A stretch of DNA of 40,653 nt from an archaeon (GCA_024274695.1 JAJSAI010000010.1:1-40653); one strand, 5' to 3'. Positions 25,055-35,709 are shown, counted from the first letter of the stretch. Program-made: numbers and translations. Notes: generated from the letters alone by a model not told the origin.

Positions 25055-27511
25055 ATGAGACGAGTGCTGTTCGCGCTGGCCATCCTGCTGTCAGCATGTC
25101 TTTCATGGCCTCAGGGAGAGCTGGTGGGAGGGTACGGGAAGCCTGTCGCGCTCAAGGTTGTCTCGGGCGGTTCAGGAATTGTTTCTCCTGGATGGGTTGA
25201 CTACAGCGCGCTCCTCAGAGGGTACAACACGAGCCTGCAGGGTATAGTGGTCTTGGAGAACAACAGCCTGCCGGTCCGCGCGTGGGAGTACAGGATGGGG
25301 AACAAGAGCCTCGTGTACTGGAACGCTTCTCCCAACACCACCTACTACGTTTACGCTGGAGAAGGCGGCGGCACTGCCGCTAACGGCAGTGTCATAGAGT
25401 ACCGTGACTTCTTTTACCTGATCCACCCGCCGACCCGACCCCAGCTGACGGAGTACCCTTGGTCCAATTACTACCCTTACTGTAACCGGACGAAGGACAC
25501 TTCAGAAAACTGTGTTGTCAGAATCTGCAACTCCACTGACGGGTTCTACTGCTACGGGAGGACCAGGACCAAGACCCCTGACAATGGTACGACCGTACTG
25601 CTGAGCTTTACCGCGGGAAACCTGCAGGGCTGGGTTCAGGACGGGCAGGCGTGCAGGACCGGCTCGCGTTCCTGCTGCTGGGGGTGTAGCACGACCTGCT
25701 GGTGGTACGACTACAGGCCCTACAACGCGACGGTGTACCTTGACGGCGAGCTCCTGGCGGTATTGAACAACCAGAACACAGCGCACTGCGCGGACTGTCA
25801 GACGAGCCCGGAAGAATACCCTGCAGCAGGATACTCCTTTCACGTGACCGCCGGGCCCGGGAGCGTGCTGGAACTCAACGCATCATACCCTCAAGGGCTC
25901 GGACCATCCTGCACCCAGTGCAGCGTGCCAGTATGCCCGCCTAACACTGTTTTCTCGTACACCGCAGAGGTAAGTGTTTCCGAGAGCGTGCTTCCCTTCA
26001 ACCTCTCATTACAGGACTACGAGGTCCTGAACAGGACCCTCGTACGCATCTCCTGCCCTAAGACCGTAAGGGTCGGCGGGAACGCTACAGTCATCCTGCA
26101 GAACCTTGGCACCGAGCCAGCTGAAAACACTGCCTTTTCAGGTCCGGGCGTTACCCTCCTCCTATCGTTCAACCGTACCGCGAACATCACCCTGCTCGTT
26201 TCAGCACAGGACATCAAAACACTCCGCTACGAGGTGTCCGCGTTCAAGGAAGGAGTGACCTGGAAGAAGGAGTGCACCACCCTGTTCTACGACGAGTTCT
26301 CGGAAGCGGCGGCTAACCTTACCTTCAACGGGACCGCCGCGAGCGCAAGGTACTGGAGGCGGACGAGGTACTACTTTAACCATTCTCCCGAGGACAGTGT
26401 CAGCCTGTTCTGCGCTAACGCCTCGCTCAACACGTCCTGTTACCAGGGAGAGTGCATTACCGTGCAGGAGTGTTCCGAGAGCCTGAACGCTTCAAGCAGG
26501 CTCGCGAGGGTCGAGCAGCTGCCTGGGACCGTCGCTTCCTTTAACAACGGGAGCGTGGCGTACGCGAGGGTGTTCGTGCTTCCCAACCCCTTGAACGAGA
26601 GCGTTACGGCAGTCTTTTTCTCAGGGAACCTTTCCTGGAACCAGACTATCCCCGCAGAAGGCCTGGAGTACCAGGAAAACCTTTCAGGAGAATTCCTCTC
26701 ATGGGAAGGGCCCTTGAACGAGACCGCGGCAGAATGCGCTGAGCCAGGGAAACCTGTGAGGGCCAGGGCAGGCTTCCTGCTGAGGAACACCGCGCCCTTC
26801 AACGTCACCGCGTCCTTCTATTACGCCGGGGCTAACGCCACGTTCTCGCTGCAGGCCAACTCCACTGAGACCGTCACGATGGAGTACCTGGTGCCGGAAG
26901 ACAAGGCCTCCGACCTTGAAGGATACTCTGCCTGCCCAAGGCCAGAGGAAGAACCTCGCGCCTCCTCAGGCGGGGCCTCTGGAGGCGGTGCGGCTGTAGC
27001 TGTCTTCCCAGCGCCTGCTAAAACACTCCCTCTTCCAGCAGCTCCAGCGCCGGAGAAGAACAACAGCACCAGTCCAGAGAACACCAGCAGGAAGGCAGAG
27101 TCTTCATCAGAACCTGCTCTCCTGAACGAAAGCGTTCCTAAGACCCTTCAATTACAGGAGCTTCCTTCAGCGACCTTCACGGCTTCAGGAACAAGCGTTG
27201 TTGCTGTGGGAGACTTTGACGAGTGCCTTGTCAGCGTCCTAGGCAAGCGCTTTAAAATGCGTCCTGGGGACAGGGTAGAATGCGGCGGGAACGGCACTGC
27301 TGTGCTCTCGTACGAGTGCGTCAAGGGCAACGCGACCGTTTCAGGGGAAAGCGTTCTAGCACTCGTCCCCTTGCTCCCGCAGGAGAACAGGAGTGGGACG
27401 AGGGTTACCGGGGCATGGTACGCTGGCATTGGAACGCTTCCAGCGGTCCTGCTGCCTCCTGCCGCGGCAGGGCTCTCAGCAGTCCTGATATTGTTAAAAA
27501 GGCTGAAGTAG
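25055..27511 (+). CDS. Secreted, membrane-anchored Cys-rich surface glycoprotein
   Basis: Signal peptide, many N-x-S/T sequons, Gly/Pro linker, C-terminal hydrophobic helix followed by KRLK. Confidence 0.85.
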   Translation: MRRVLFALAILLSACLSWPQGELVGGYGKPVALKVVSGGSGIVSPGWVDYSALLRGYNTSLQGIVVLENNSLPVRAWEYRMGNKSLVYWNASPNTTYYVYAGEGGGTAANGSVIEYRDFFYLIHPPTRPQLTEYPWSNYYPYCNRTKDTSENCVVRICNSTDGFYCYGRTRTKTPDNGTTVLLSFTAGNLQGWVQDGQACRTGSRSCCWGCSTTCWWYDYRPYNATVYLDGELLAVLNNQNTAHCADCQTSPEEYPAAGYSFHVTAGPGSVLELNASYPQGLGPSCTQCSVPVCPPNTVFSYTAEVSVSESVLPFNLSLQDYEVLNRTLVRISCPKTVRVGGNATVILQNLGTEPAENTAFSGPGVTLLLSFNRTANITLLVSAQDIKTLRYEVSAFKEGVTWKKECTTLFYDEFSEAAANLTFNGTAASARYWRRTRYYFNHSPEDSVSLFCANASLNTSCYQGECITVQECSESLNASSRLARVEQLPGTVASFNNGSVAYARVFVLPNPLNESVTAVFFSGNLSWNQTIPAEGLEYQENLSGEFLSWEGPLNETAAECAEPGKPVRARAGFLLRNTAPFNVTASFYYAGANATFSLQANSTETVTMEYLVPEDKASDLEGYSACPRPEEEPRASSGGASGGGAAVAVFPAPAKTLPLPAAPAPEKNNSTSPENTSRKAESSSEPALLNESVPKTLQLQELPSATFTASGTSVVAVGDFDECLVSVLGKRFKMRPGDRVECGGNGTAVLSYECVKGNATVSGESVLALVPLLPQENRSGTRVTGAWYAGIGTLPAVLLPPAAAGLSAVLILLKRLK

Positions 27512-27524
27512 TATACTAAGAACC

Positions 27525-30284
27525 ATGTACACTCGCATGATCCCAGCACTACTGCTGCTGGTTACGGCCTCCCTGGCGGGCGTTTCCTTTTACTCTACCG
27601 GAAACGATAACCTGACAGACGCCGGATCCCCTGAAGACTACTACTTTACCCTGTCAAACGACTACGGGACGAACGTGACCTGGTTCAACATAACCCTGCC
27701 CACAGGGTTCGTGGTGGACGAGGGAAAGTCAGACCCAGCGGACCAGAAGAACGGCAGCACCTACTCCTACAATGTCTCGCTCCAGCCAGGAGATTCTGTT
27801 ACCAAGAAAATAAGAGCCCAGGCTCCTTCACCCTCTAATGACTCGTACTACCAGATAATCGCGGCCTGCGACCAGGAGACAGTTTCCCTCGGGGTCAGCG
27901 TGCTCGCTCCCCTGCTCAGGGTGACCTGGTACTCTGCTCCCGGGAGAGTGCTCGCTAACCAGGTTTTCAGCGTGAACTTCACGGTAGAGAACGTCAGGGA
28001 CTCCTCGCACTCGGGAGCGCTTTACTCGGTAGGCAGCCTGACCTCCCCGAACACTGACTACCAGGTCATCTCAGGCGCTGACATTCCCCTGCTCGCTTCA
28101 GGCGGAGAACAGAACGCGAGCATTGTCATGCAGGCCCCTGACCATGCGCTGACACAGAATCTTACTCATACTGTCTACTCCAGGATCGCGCCCTTCACTT
28201 ACAGGGACGAGTTCAGCACGCTGATAAAAACAGTGTACCCGAGGGTTAACATTAGCGTGTACAACGACTCCTCCTACTCCGTCCCAGCCCAAGAGTTCCT
28301 CCCGAACCAGACGGTGTACATAAGGGTGACCGTTGAAGACCCTGATGACGGGACCCTGATCCCAGGGAACCTGAGCATAAGAATTTTTGACAACGATTCC
28401 GCGACAGTACTGTCCCTGGAGAACTTCACCCAAGAGCAGAGGATAGCGTACACCCTGAACTCCACGGCCGTGAGCGGCAACTGGACGGTCACCGCGGAAG
28501 AGCTTACGAGCAGGGCCTCCGCCCGCGCGCAGTTCAAGGTAAGGGCGGTCCTTTCAGGCCTGAGCATAAGAACGTGCAGGAGCAGCCCGTGCAACCAGGA
28601 CACGAGCCACTTTGCTCCAGCCGACACGCTTTACGCCGTGATAACACCAGTGGACCAAGCAGGCAGGCCTGTGACCGAGGACTATAACACGAGCGTGACC
28701 GTGACCGTGGACTGGAACAACAGCCTCGCGGGCCAGGACCAGGGAACAGGAGAACTCTCAGTACCCCTCCCGGACGACTACTGCACTCTCACGGTCAACG
28801 CGAGCGCCTGGAACCAGCAGAGTAACGTGAGCGGGGCGAAGCACGTTGACATTCCTCTGTTCTACTCTATCACGCTATCACCGTCACAGCCGTACAACTA
28901 CGGGCAGGCCGTGACCGTGAACACGAGCTTCACGGACGCTGGCGGCAGCCCAGACTCTCCCGACTTTTTCCTCGCGAGAGTGTCAGACGATTCAGGAGAG
29001 TACACTAACAGCACGAGCCCCAACTTCTGGTTCACGGTCTCGGGAACGGTGGACCGGAACGAGGCCCAGGCTCTTGAAGTGTACTACTCAAAATCCCACT
29101 ACAACGCTTCTTTCTCCACGAGCCTGAGCGTCACGAACCAGCTGCAGGTCCGCGAGAACTTGCTCTCAGAATACCACACGGGAGAAACAGCGAACTTCTC
29201 GTTCGAAATCGCTCACGCTAACGGACAGCCCGCGACCGCGAACGTTACCGTTCTGCTCGTGCAGCCTAACTCTTCTGCCAGGATCCTGTGGCAGGGCACT
29301 GCCCACGAGCAACTGCTGCAAGAGTACTTCGGGCAGGACACGCAGACGGGAACGTGGAAGGTGGTTTACAACGTGTCAGATGCTCACGGTAACAACGCGA
29401 GCCTGGAGAAGACGTTCCAGTTCTTGGTGGGCGTCACCGCGGTCATGAGCGCTCCTGGCAAGGTGATGGAAGGCTCTTGGTTCACCGTGAGCGTACAGGC
29501 TAACAACAGCCTGCCCTACCCTGTCAACGTTTCCGCGACACTGAACAACGCGGACAAGCAGACGTCACTCATAACATCCAACGGCTCGCACACGTTCTCC
29601 TGGACCACTGTTCTGAGCTCGTCAGGCGTCCTGACGGTCAGGCTGGAGTGGAACGGCGGGCACCTCCTGCTGTCCAAGAGCATTACAGTGAGACCGTCAG
29701 GAGGAAGCTCTGGGTACGTGTGGTACTGGACTCAGGAACCTAAAGAGGAAGAGGAAGCGCAGGCCAAAGAGGCTGCCGGAGAAGAGGAGGAGCCGGAACC
29801 AGCTCCAGAGATAACAATGAGACTATACACTCCGGAGGAAGGGGGGAGGTACTACAATCCGGTTACCGTGGGAGTCGTCTCCAACGCTGAAGAATGCGTG
29901 CTGCAAGAGTACAACAGGACCCTGTCAGGAGGCGCTTTCGGGAACTACTACACCCGGCTGAACTTCACCCCTGGAATAAACAGGATCCGCGTCTCATGCT
30001 ACAAGGGCAACCTCAGCGTGACGGCAGAGAGAACTTTCTTCGTGCTCTCAAGGCCCGGGGAACAGGAGCCTGCTGTCCAGAACACTGCAGAGGATAACGG
30101 GACACTGTCCGGAGGCACGAGGGTTACTGGGCACGCGCTGTTAGGAGGCAGTACAGCGCTCGGCCTTGCCGCGGCCGCGGGGTTCTTCGCTCTCGCGGTG
30201 GGCCTCAGGGTGATAGGCCCGAGGGTCAGGAGAAGGTATCCGATAGAAGGGCCTGCCGGGTGGAAGAGGTTCTTCAGGCCCTGA
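27525..30284 (+). CDS. Large surface glycoprotein with tandem Ig-like beta domains
   Basis: Signal peptide, beta-rich repeats (SGNWTV, TGTWKV), many sequons, C-terminal TM helix and basic tail. Confidence 0.85.
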   Translation: MYTRMIPALLLLVTASLAGVSFYSTGNDNLTDAGSPEDYYFTLSNDYGTNVTWFNITLPTGFVVDEGKSDPADQKNGSTYSYNVSLQPGDSVTKKIRAQAPSPSNDSYYQIIAACDQETVSLGVSVLAPLLRVTWYSAPGRVLANQVFSVNFTVENVRDSSHSGALYSVGSLTSPNTDYQVISGADIPLLASGGEQNASIVMQAPDHALTQNLTHTVYSRIAPFTYRDEFSTLIKTVYPRVNISVYNDSSYSVPAQEFLPNQTVYIRVTVEDPDDGTLIPGNLSIRIFDNDSATVLSLENFTQEQRIAYTLNSTAVSGNWTVTAEELTSRASARAQFKVRAVLSGLSIRTCRSSPCNQDTSHFAPADTLYAVITPVDQAGRPVTEDYNTSVTVTVDWNNSLAGQDQGTGELSVPLPDDYCTLTVNASAWNQQSNVSGAKHVDIPLFYSITLSPSQPYNYGQAVTVNTSFTDAGGSPDSPDFFLARVSDDSGEYTNSTSPNFWFTVSGTVDRNEAQALEVYYSKSHYNASFSTSLSVTNQLQVRENLLSEYHTGETANFSFEIAHANGQPATANVTVLLVQPNSSARILWQGTAHEQLLQEYFGQDTQTGTWKVVYNVSDAHGNNASLEKTFQFLVGVTAVMSAPGKVMEGSWFTVSVQANNSLPYPVNVSATLNNADKQTSLITSNGSHTFSWTTVLSSSGVLTVRLEWNGGHLLLSKSITVRPSGGSSGYVWYWTQEPKEEEEAQAKEAAGEEEEPEPAPEITMRLYTPEEGGRYYNPVTVGVVSNAEECVLQEYNRTLSGGAFGNYYTRLNFTPGINRIRVSCYKGNLSVTAERTFFVLSRPGEQEPAVQNTAEDNGTLSGGTRVTGHALLGGSTALGLAAAAGFFALAVGLRVIGPRVRRRYPIEGPAGWKRFFRP

Positions 30285-30924
30285 ACCCCTGCTCTCCTAC
30301 TAGCGGGACGAACACCACCGGGAACCCGAGATCTTCCTCAGTAAGTCTTCCTCCCTTCTTTGAAACCCTCACCATTCTCTGGGAGTGCCTCGGGCCCACT
30401 GGTATGACCATGATCCCTCCCTCGGAGAGCTGTTCTCCCAGCGCCCTCGGGACCTCCGGGGCCGCGGCGGTCACTATTATCCTGTCAAAGGGCGCGTGTT
30501 CAGGCAGTCCCAGGCTACCGTCCCCCACGACAACCCTAACGTTACGGTAGCCGGTTCTCTCAAGATTCCTTCTAGCGTACTCCGCGAGCTCGGGAATCCT
30601 TTCCACGGTGTAAACGATCCCGTCAGGATCAAGCTCTGCGAGCAGGGCGGCCTGGTACCCTGACCCCGCACCCACCTCCAGTATCTTCTGACCGTTCTCC
30701 ACCTGCAGCGCTTCAGTCATGAACGCCACCACGGACGGCTGGGAGATGGTCTGCCCCGAGAACAAGGGAAGCGCGTCGTCAAAGTAGGCGTACGGCCTGT
30801 GCTCGGGGAGCACGAACTCTTCCCTGGGAACCTTCAGGAAGGCCCTCCTGACCCTCTCGGTTTTTATCATCCCGGTCCTGCAGAGGAGGTCAACGAGAGC
30901 CTTTCTCTCTTCTTCCCCGCTCAT
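30274..30924 (-). CDS. pcm: Protein-L-isoaspartate O-methyltransferase
   Basis: VPREEFV, GQTISQP, LEVGAGSGY, APFDRI.VTAA and FVPL motifs. Confidence 0.97.
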   Translation of the reverse strand: MSGEEERKALVDLLCRTGMIKTERVRRAFLKVPREEFVLPEHRPYAYFDDALPLFSGQTISQPSVVAFMTEALQVENGQKILEVGAGSGYQAALLAELDPDGIVYTVERIPELAEYARRNLERTGYRNVRVVVGDGSLGLPEHAPFDRIIVTAAAPEVPRALGEQLSEGGIMVIPVGPRHSQRMVRVSKKGGRLTEEDLGFPVVFVPLVGEQGFRA

Positions 30925-30985
30925 GAAAGAACATTAGGAAAAAGTGTTATATATGACCGGCTTCCTTTCTCCCTCAGGTGGTCTG

Positions 30986-32449
30986 ATGATCAGAAGAGTT
31001 CTCTTGATCGCGCTGGTCATGCTGTCCCTGGCAGCAGGGTTTCCTGAAGTGGACCTGAAGCTCAGGAACGTTCAGTTCCTGCCCAGCCCCGTGAGCCCTG
31101 GGAGCGAGGTGACCCTGCAGGCCACGCTCGTGCACGAGGGAACCCTGTCCTACAAGAACGTTGTCCTAGAACCAGTGTACGTCAGCCCGCTCCAGCCGGT
31201 GACAGAAAAGGTGGTCATACCGAGAATGGACCCCGGTCAGAGGTTTCCTGTGACGATAAAGTTCAGGGTAGCTGACGGCACGCCCTCTTCAGTGTACCCT
31301 CTTGACATAAAAGTTTCTGACACTAACATAGAGTACGGGGACTACGCCGAGAAGACGATTACCGTGAGCGTCCCGGTTTCCTCAACCCCCCTGCTCTCGC
31401 TGTCAGGAGCAGAACAGCATAACGTGAGGCCAGGTTCAGAGTTCGTCCTCGCGTTCAACGTGTCCAACAAGGGAGGTCTGCACACGGGGAAGATGACTGT
31501 CTCGCTGTCATTCCAGGCTGATCCCGGGTTCATGTTCTACACGAGCAACCCCCTGCTGGACGAGGGAGTGCCCGCAGGCTCCTGGAAGAAGATAGAGTTC
31601 AGGGGAAGGCTTTCCCCGAACGCCGTCCCAGGAGCCTACGAGGGCGTGCTGAAGATCTCGTGCTCCGGAGGAGAGTTCTCGTTCCCGGTGTACGTGCTGG
31701 TGGAAGGGCACAAGCAGTTGGAAATAATGAACGTCTCCTCTGGGCTGACCGTGGGGTCAGAGGGCAGCGTTTGCTTCTCGTTCCGCAACCCTCTGGGCAT
31801 AAGAATAACCGGCGTGCGGGTCAGGATATCGTCCGACGCGTTGCCCCTCTCAATGCAGGACCCAGAAGTCTACTATGACTCCCTGAGCCCAGGAGAAGAA
31901 AAGCGCGCGTGCTACCGCGCGTTTGTTGACAGGAGCGTTCCTCCAGGCTCCTACCCCGTGACAGTGTCCCTGTCATCAGACCAGGTCAGCAAGACAGCGT
32001 CCGTTGACGTTCTCGTGAAGGGAGTTCCCAGGCTCTCCCTGTCAAGCGTTTCCTACGACGTGGACAGGATCGTTCAAGGAGCTCCCCTGCTCCTCTCGGT
32101 ACAGCTTGAGAACACTGGAACAGGAGACGCGAGGAACGTCAGGATCACGATATCAGGCCCCCAGGGCCAGTCAGAGCAGAGGATCGGGACAATAGAGCCT
32201 GACGACACAGGGACAGGGGTTTTCGACGCGAGGTTCCCTGACACGGGCAAGGAATGGGTCACGGTGACCGCCTACTACGAGGACGATTACGGGACACAGT
32301 ACCAGCAGTCCTTCAAAGCCCAGGTTCTGGTGAACCCGAGGCCTGCTGACTACACTCCCTTCATCGCGGCCGCGTCGGCCGCAGCCGTTTTCCTCGCGTA
32401 CCTCGGAAGAAAGCGCAAGAGAAAGAAGTGGCTTAGGAAGGTCTTCTGA
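30986..32449 (+). CDS. COG1361-type S-layer/CARDB-domain membrane-anchored protein
   Basis: Signal peptide, repeated N.G..A.NV / PG.Y beta domains, YYEDDYG, C-terminal TM plus basic tail; heads the ABC operon. Confidence 0.85.
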   Translation: MIRRVLLIALVMLSLAAGFPEVDLKLRNVQFLPSPVSPGSEVTLQATLVHEGTLSYKNVVLEPVYVSPLQPVTEKVVIPRMDPGQRFPVTIKFRVADGTPSSVYPLDIKVSDTNIEYGDYAEKTITVSVPVSSTPLLSLSGAEQHNVRPGSEFVLAFNVSNKGGLHTGKMTVSLSFQADPGFMFYTSNPLLDEGVPAGSWKKIEFRGRLSPNAVPGAYEGVLKISCSGGEFSFPVYVLVEGHKQLEIMNVSSGLTVGSEGSVCFSFRNPLGIRITGVRVRISSDALPLSMQDPEVYYDSLSPGEEKRACYRAFVDRSVPPGSYPVTVSLSSDQVSKTASVDVLVKGVPRLSLSSVSYDVDRIVQGAPLLLSVQLENTGTGDARNVRITISGPQGQSEQRIGTIEPDDTGTGVFDARFPDTGKEWVTVTAYYEDDYGTQYQQSFKAQVLVNPRPADYTPFIAAASAAAVFLAYLGRKRKRKKWLRKVF

Positions 32450-33576
32450 TGCTGCTGTTCGCGGTGAAGAGCCTTTCAAGGAACAAGACCAGGACAGGAC
32501 TGACCGTGCTCGGGCTCGCGGTAGCCGTGATGGGAGTTGTGTCCCTGCTGTCAATATCAGAGGGCCTCAGGGAAAGCGTTATCTCTTCCCTCGAGAAGGT
32601 GCAGCTTGTTCTGGTAACCTCAGAGGACGCGATGGGACCGAGCGTTTCCGTACTGGACGAGAGCCTGATGAGCGACGTGCAGAGGGTAGAGGGAGCCAGG
32701 ACGGTGGCCGAGGCAGTCATATACCCTGTGGTGGTAGGAGAAGAGAGGGCTGTCACGACACCTGTTTTCGCTATGGGAATAGACCCCGGGCAGGACAAGA
32801 GCATGAAAAACCCGGTCATCTCCGGGGGGCTGGTCGCTGGAAGCATGTTCTCCGGCACGTCAGGGCACAAGGTCCTGCTCTCCAAAAAGATTGCGGACAA
32901 GTACAAGAAGAAGGTCGGGGACACGATCACCATTAACGGCGTTAAGTACAAGGTCACCGGGATAACGGACCCGAAGATATCCATACTGAACAGTATGGTG
33001 TTCGTTCCCCTGGACACTGCCAAGCAGTACTCCGGCAAGGGACAGGACAAGGTCTCCGTCTTTTTCGTGGAACCAGAGGATCCTGAGCAGGCTAGCGCGC
33101 TGGCCAGGAGAATAGAACTATCAGTCTCAGGGGTCTCCGCCAACACCGTCTCCGAGATGGCCGGGACTGCCGAGTCCCTGCTGGCTGAAATAGACGCGTT
33201 CTTCGTGCTCATATCCTCCTTTTCCATCGTGGTCGGGGCCCTGATAGTAATGAACACCCTGTACATGAACGTTCTCGACCGGACCGCTGAAATAGGCGTG
33301 CTCAGGGCAATGGGCTGGACCAAGGATGACGTGATGAAGGAGGTGATGCTGGAGTCCTTCGTCCTGGGAATAATGATTTCAGGAGCGGGGATTGCCTTGA
33401 GCCACGTTCTCAAGTACGCGGTTCTTGACAACCTGCTCACGTTCCCGACAACGATAACCCCCTGGCTCATGCTGGCAGGATTCCTGCTGGCGGTCACAGT
33501 GTCCCTGCTCGGAGGAGTATACCCCGCGATGAAAGCGGCTGGAGTGGATCCTGTGACAGCAATAAGAACGGAGTGA
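32449..33576 (+). CDS. MacB/FtsX-type ABC permease
   Basis: RNKTRT.LT..G, MNT..M.V.DR..EIGVLRAMG and YPA.KAA..DPV motifs. Confidence 0.93.
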   Translation: MLLFAVKSLSRNKTRTGLTVLGLAVAVMGVVSLLSISEGLRESVISSLEKVQLVLVTSEDAMGPSVSVLDESLMSDVQRVEGARTVAEAVIYPVVVGEERAVTTPVFAMGIDPGQDKSMKNPVISGGLVAGSMFSGTSGHKVLLSKKIADKYKKKVGDTITINGVKYKVTGITDPKISILNSMVFVPLDTAKQYSGKGQDKVSVFFVEPEDPEQASALARRIELSVSGVSANTVSEMAGTAESLLAEIDAFFVLISSFSIVVGALIVMNTLYMNVLDRTAEIGVLRAMGWTKDDVMKEVMLESFVLGIMISGAGIALSHVLKYAVLDNLLTFPTTITPWLMLAGFLLAVTVSLLGGVYPAMKAAGVDPVTAIRTE

Positions 33577-33582
33577 TGGAGC

Positions 33583-34260
33583 TTGATCGTGCTGGACAAG
33601 GTGACCAAGGTCTACAAGGTCGGGGAGACAGAGGTGCACGCGCTGAAAGGCGTTTCCCTGAAGGTCAGGCCAGGGGACTTCGTTTTCATCGTAGGGCCGA
33701 GCGGTTCGGGAAAGACGACACTCCTGGAAATAATGGGGGGTCTCATGACTCCCACGAGCGGCAGGGTGCTCATAGACGGGAAGGACATAAGCAAGTTCAA
33801 CGACTGGCAGCTCAGCCTCTTCAGGAGGAACAGGATCGGATTCGTCTTCCAGAACTTTAACCTGATACCCTCGCTCACGGCCCTGGAGAACGTTCTCGTG
33901 CCGATGATCCCTGAAGGCATTACCAAGAGCCTGGAAAAAAGGGCCCGGGAACTGCTGAAAGAAATGGGGCTCGGGCACCGGCTTCACCACACTCCAGGCC
34001 AGCTGAGTGGGGGAGAAAAGCAGAGGGTTGCGATAGCCAGGGCCCTGATAAACGAGCCCCTGATAGTACTGGCTGACGAGCCGACAGGCGAGCTTGACAC
34101 GGCCACGGGAGCAATGATAATGGACTACATGAGAAAACTTAACAAGGAAAACAACCTCTCATTCGTGATAGTAACCCATGACGTGGAGTACATAAGAAAG
34201 AGTGACAAGTTGTACCGGATAAAGGACGGCCTATTACACCATGTGAGGAGAGTGGGATAG
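33583..34260 (+). CDS. LolD/MacB-type ABC ATPase
   Basis: GPSGSGKT, GFVFQNFNL, LSGGE, LADEPTG and VTHD motifs. Confidence 0.97.
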   Translation: MIVLDKVTKVYKVGETEVHALKGVSLKVRPGDFVFIVGPSGSGKTTLLEIMGGLMTPTSGRVLIDGKDISKFNDWQLSLFRRNRIGFVFQNFNLIPSLTALENVLVPMIPEGITKSLEKRARELLKEMGLGHRLHHTPGQLSGGEKQRVAIARALINEPLIVLADEPTGELDTATGAMIMDYMRKLNKENNLSFVIVTHDVEYIRKSDKLYRIKDGLLHHVRRVG

Positions 34261-34261
34261 C

Positions 34262-35392
34262 GTGCTCTTGTTCTCGCTCAGGAACCTGGCCAGGAGCAGG
34301 ACCCGGACCCTCATAATGGTGATAGGAATAGGAATTGCTGTAGCAGGATTCATAGGGCTCGTCTCGTTCTCCCACTCCATAAAAACAACGTTCCACGAGT
34401 CGCTTGACGTGATAAGCGGTATAATGGTAATGCAAAAAGGAGCCGTGGACACTCCCTTCTCCTTTGTTGACGAGGATGACTCGGCGAAGATCGCGAAAGT
34501 GTACGGGGTTAAAACAGTCATCCCCCAGATAACAGGAGTCGCCAGGGAGATTGACGGGAAGAAAATAAGCGGGATCTCGTTCACCGGAATGTACTCTTTC
34601 CTGGGAGAAGACCCTGCCAAGGCAGAGGAGGAAAACCTTCTCAGGCAGTACCTGTCAGAAGGGAGGTACCTGCAAGAAGGAGACGAGAACGCGGCTGTCA
34701 TAGGCAGGAAGATAGCAGAAGACTATAACAAGAGGATAGGCTCCACAATAACCGTGAACGGCTACCGTTTCAGGGTCGTCGGAATATACTCTTCCGGGAT
34801 TGACTTCATGGACAGCATGATAGTCATACCCATAGAAAAGGCTCGGAAGATGGCAGGCCTGCCCAAGGGAACCGTGAACGATTTTTACGTGGAAGTGGAC
34901 GACCCGAAGAAAGCGGGGGCCATAGCAGGGATAATAGAAGACCTGTTCCCGGAGTACCAGGCCAGCACCTCTCAGGACTACGCAGAAGAGATGGGAGGAG
35001 TGCTCTCGTCAATAGACATGTTCTTCCTCGCGGTCGCGGGCATAGCCCTTGCAATAGGAGGGATAGGCGTCCTGAACACCATGATGATGTCAGTGGCCGA
35101 GAGGAAAAAAGAGTTCGGGGTCCTGAGGGCAGTGGGCTGGACCGACGATGACGTCATGAAAATGATCATACAAGAGTCCTTCTTCCTGGGCCTGTTAGGA
35201 GGAGCGGCGGGCATGCTCCTAGGGTATCTTGCGCTGGCAGGAGCCGCGGGAGTAATGCCATTCAAGATCGTTGCCGAGCCGACCATTTTCGCTGAAGGGC
35301 TCCTGCTCTCTGTGGTCCTTGGGGTTGCAGGAGGATTGTATCCCGCGTGGAGGGCGAGCAGGCTGGAGCCCACGATAGCAATGAGGGACTAG
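34262..35392 (+). CDS. MacB/FtsX-type ABC permease
   Basis: LNTMMMSVAERKKEFGVLRAVG and YPAWRASRLEP motifs. Confidence 0.93.
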   Translation: MLLFSLRNLARSRTRTLIMVIGIGIAVAGFIGLVSFSHSIKTTFHESLDVISGIMVMQKGAVDTPFSFVDEDDSAKIAKVYGVKTVIPQITGVAREIDGKKISGISFTGMYSFLGEDPAKAEEENLLRQYLSEGRYLQEGDENAAVIGRKIAEDYNKRIGSTITVNGYRFRVVGIYSSGIDFMDSMIVIPIEKARKMAGLPKGTVNDFYVEVDDPKKAGAIAGIIEDLFPEYQASTSQDYAEEMGGVLSSIDMFFLAVAGIALAIGGIGVLNTMMMSVAERKKEFGVLRAVGWTDDDVMKMIIQESFFLGLLGGAAGMLLGYLALAGAAGVMPFKIVAEPTIFAEGLLLSVVLGVAGGLYPAWRASRLEPTIAMRD

Positions 35393-35697
35393 CCTCCAGC
35401 AAAACCGTACTCCTGCGCCAGCTGAGAGGTCCTGACCGCCACGGCGAGGAACAGGAACAGCAGGGTAAGAGTAGGAAGTTCCCTGACCAGAACGTTTTCA
35501 ACCGTCACAATACCTGTTGACAGGAGCAGCACCCAGAAAGAGTACACCACAAGGTTCAGGAAAGAGTACATCAGCACGGTCACAAGTTTTTTCACGAGCC
35601 CTGGAGTGAACTTTTTCCTGCTCGTGTACACCAGCCAAGACCCGTAACAGCTGAAGGCCAGCGCGAGAAAGCTTACGATCAGGCTCTCTATGCTCAT
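35389..35697 (-). CDS. Small 3-TM membrane protein in the KaiC-like cluster
   Basis: Three hydrophobic segments; GGAGG SD. Confidence 0.75.
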   Translation of the reverse strand: MSIESLIVSFLALAFSCYGSWLVYTSRKKFTPGLVKKLVTVLMYSFLNLVVYSFWVLLLSTGIVTVENVLVRELPTLTLLFLFLAVAVRTSQLAQEYGFAGG

Positions 35698-35709
35698 AAC
35701 ATCATCCTC

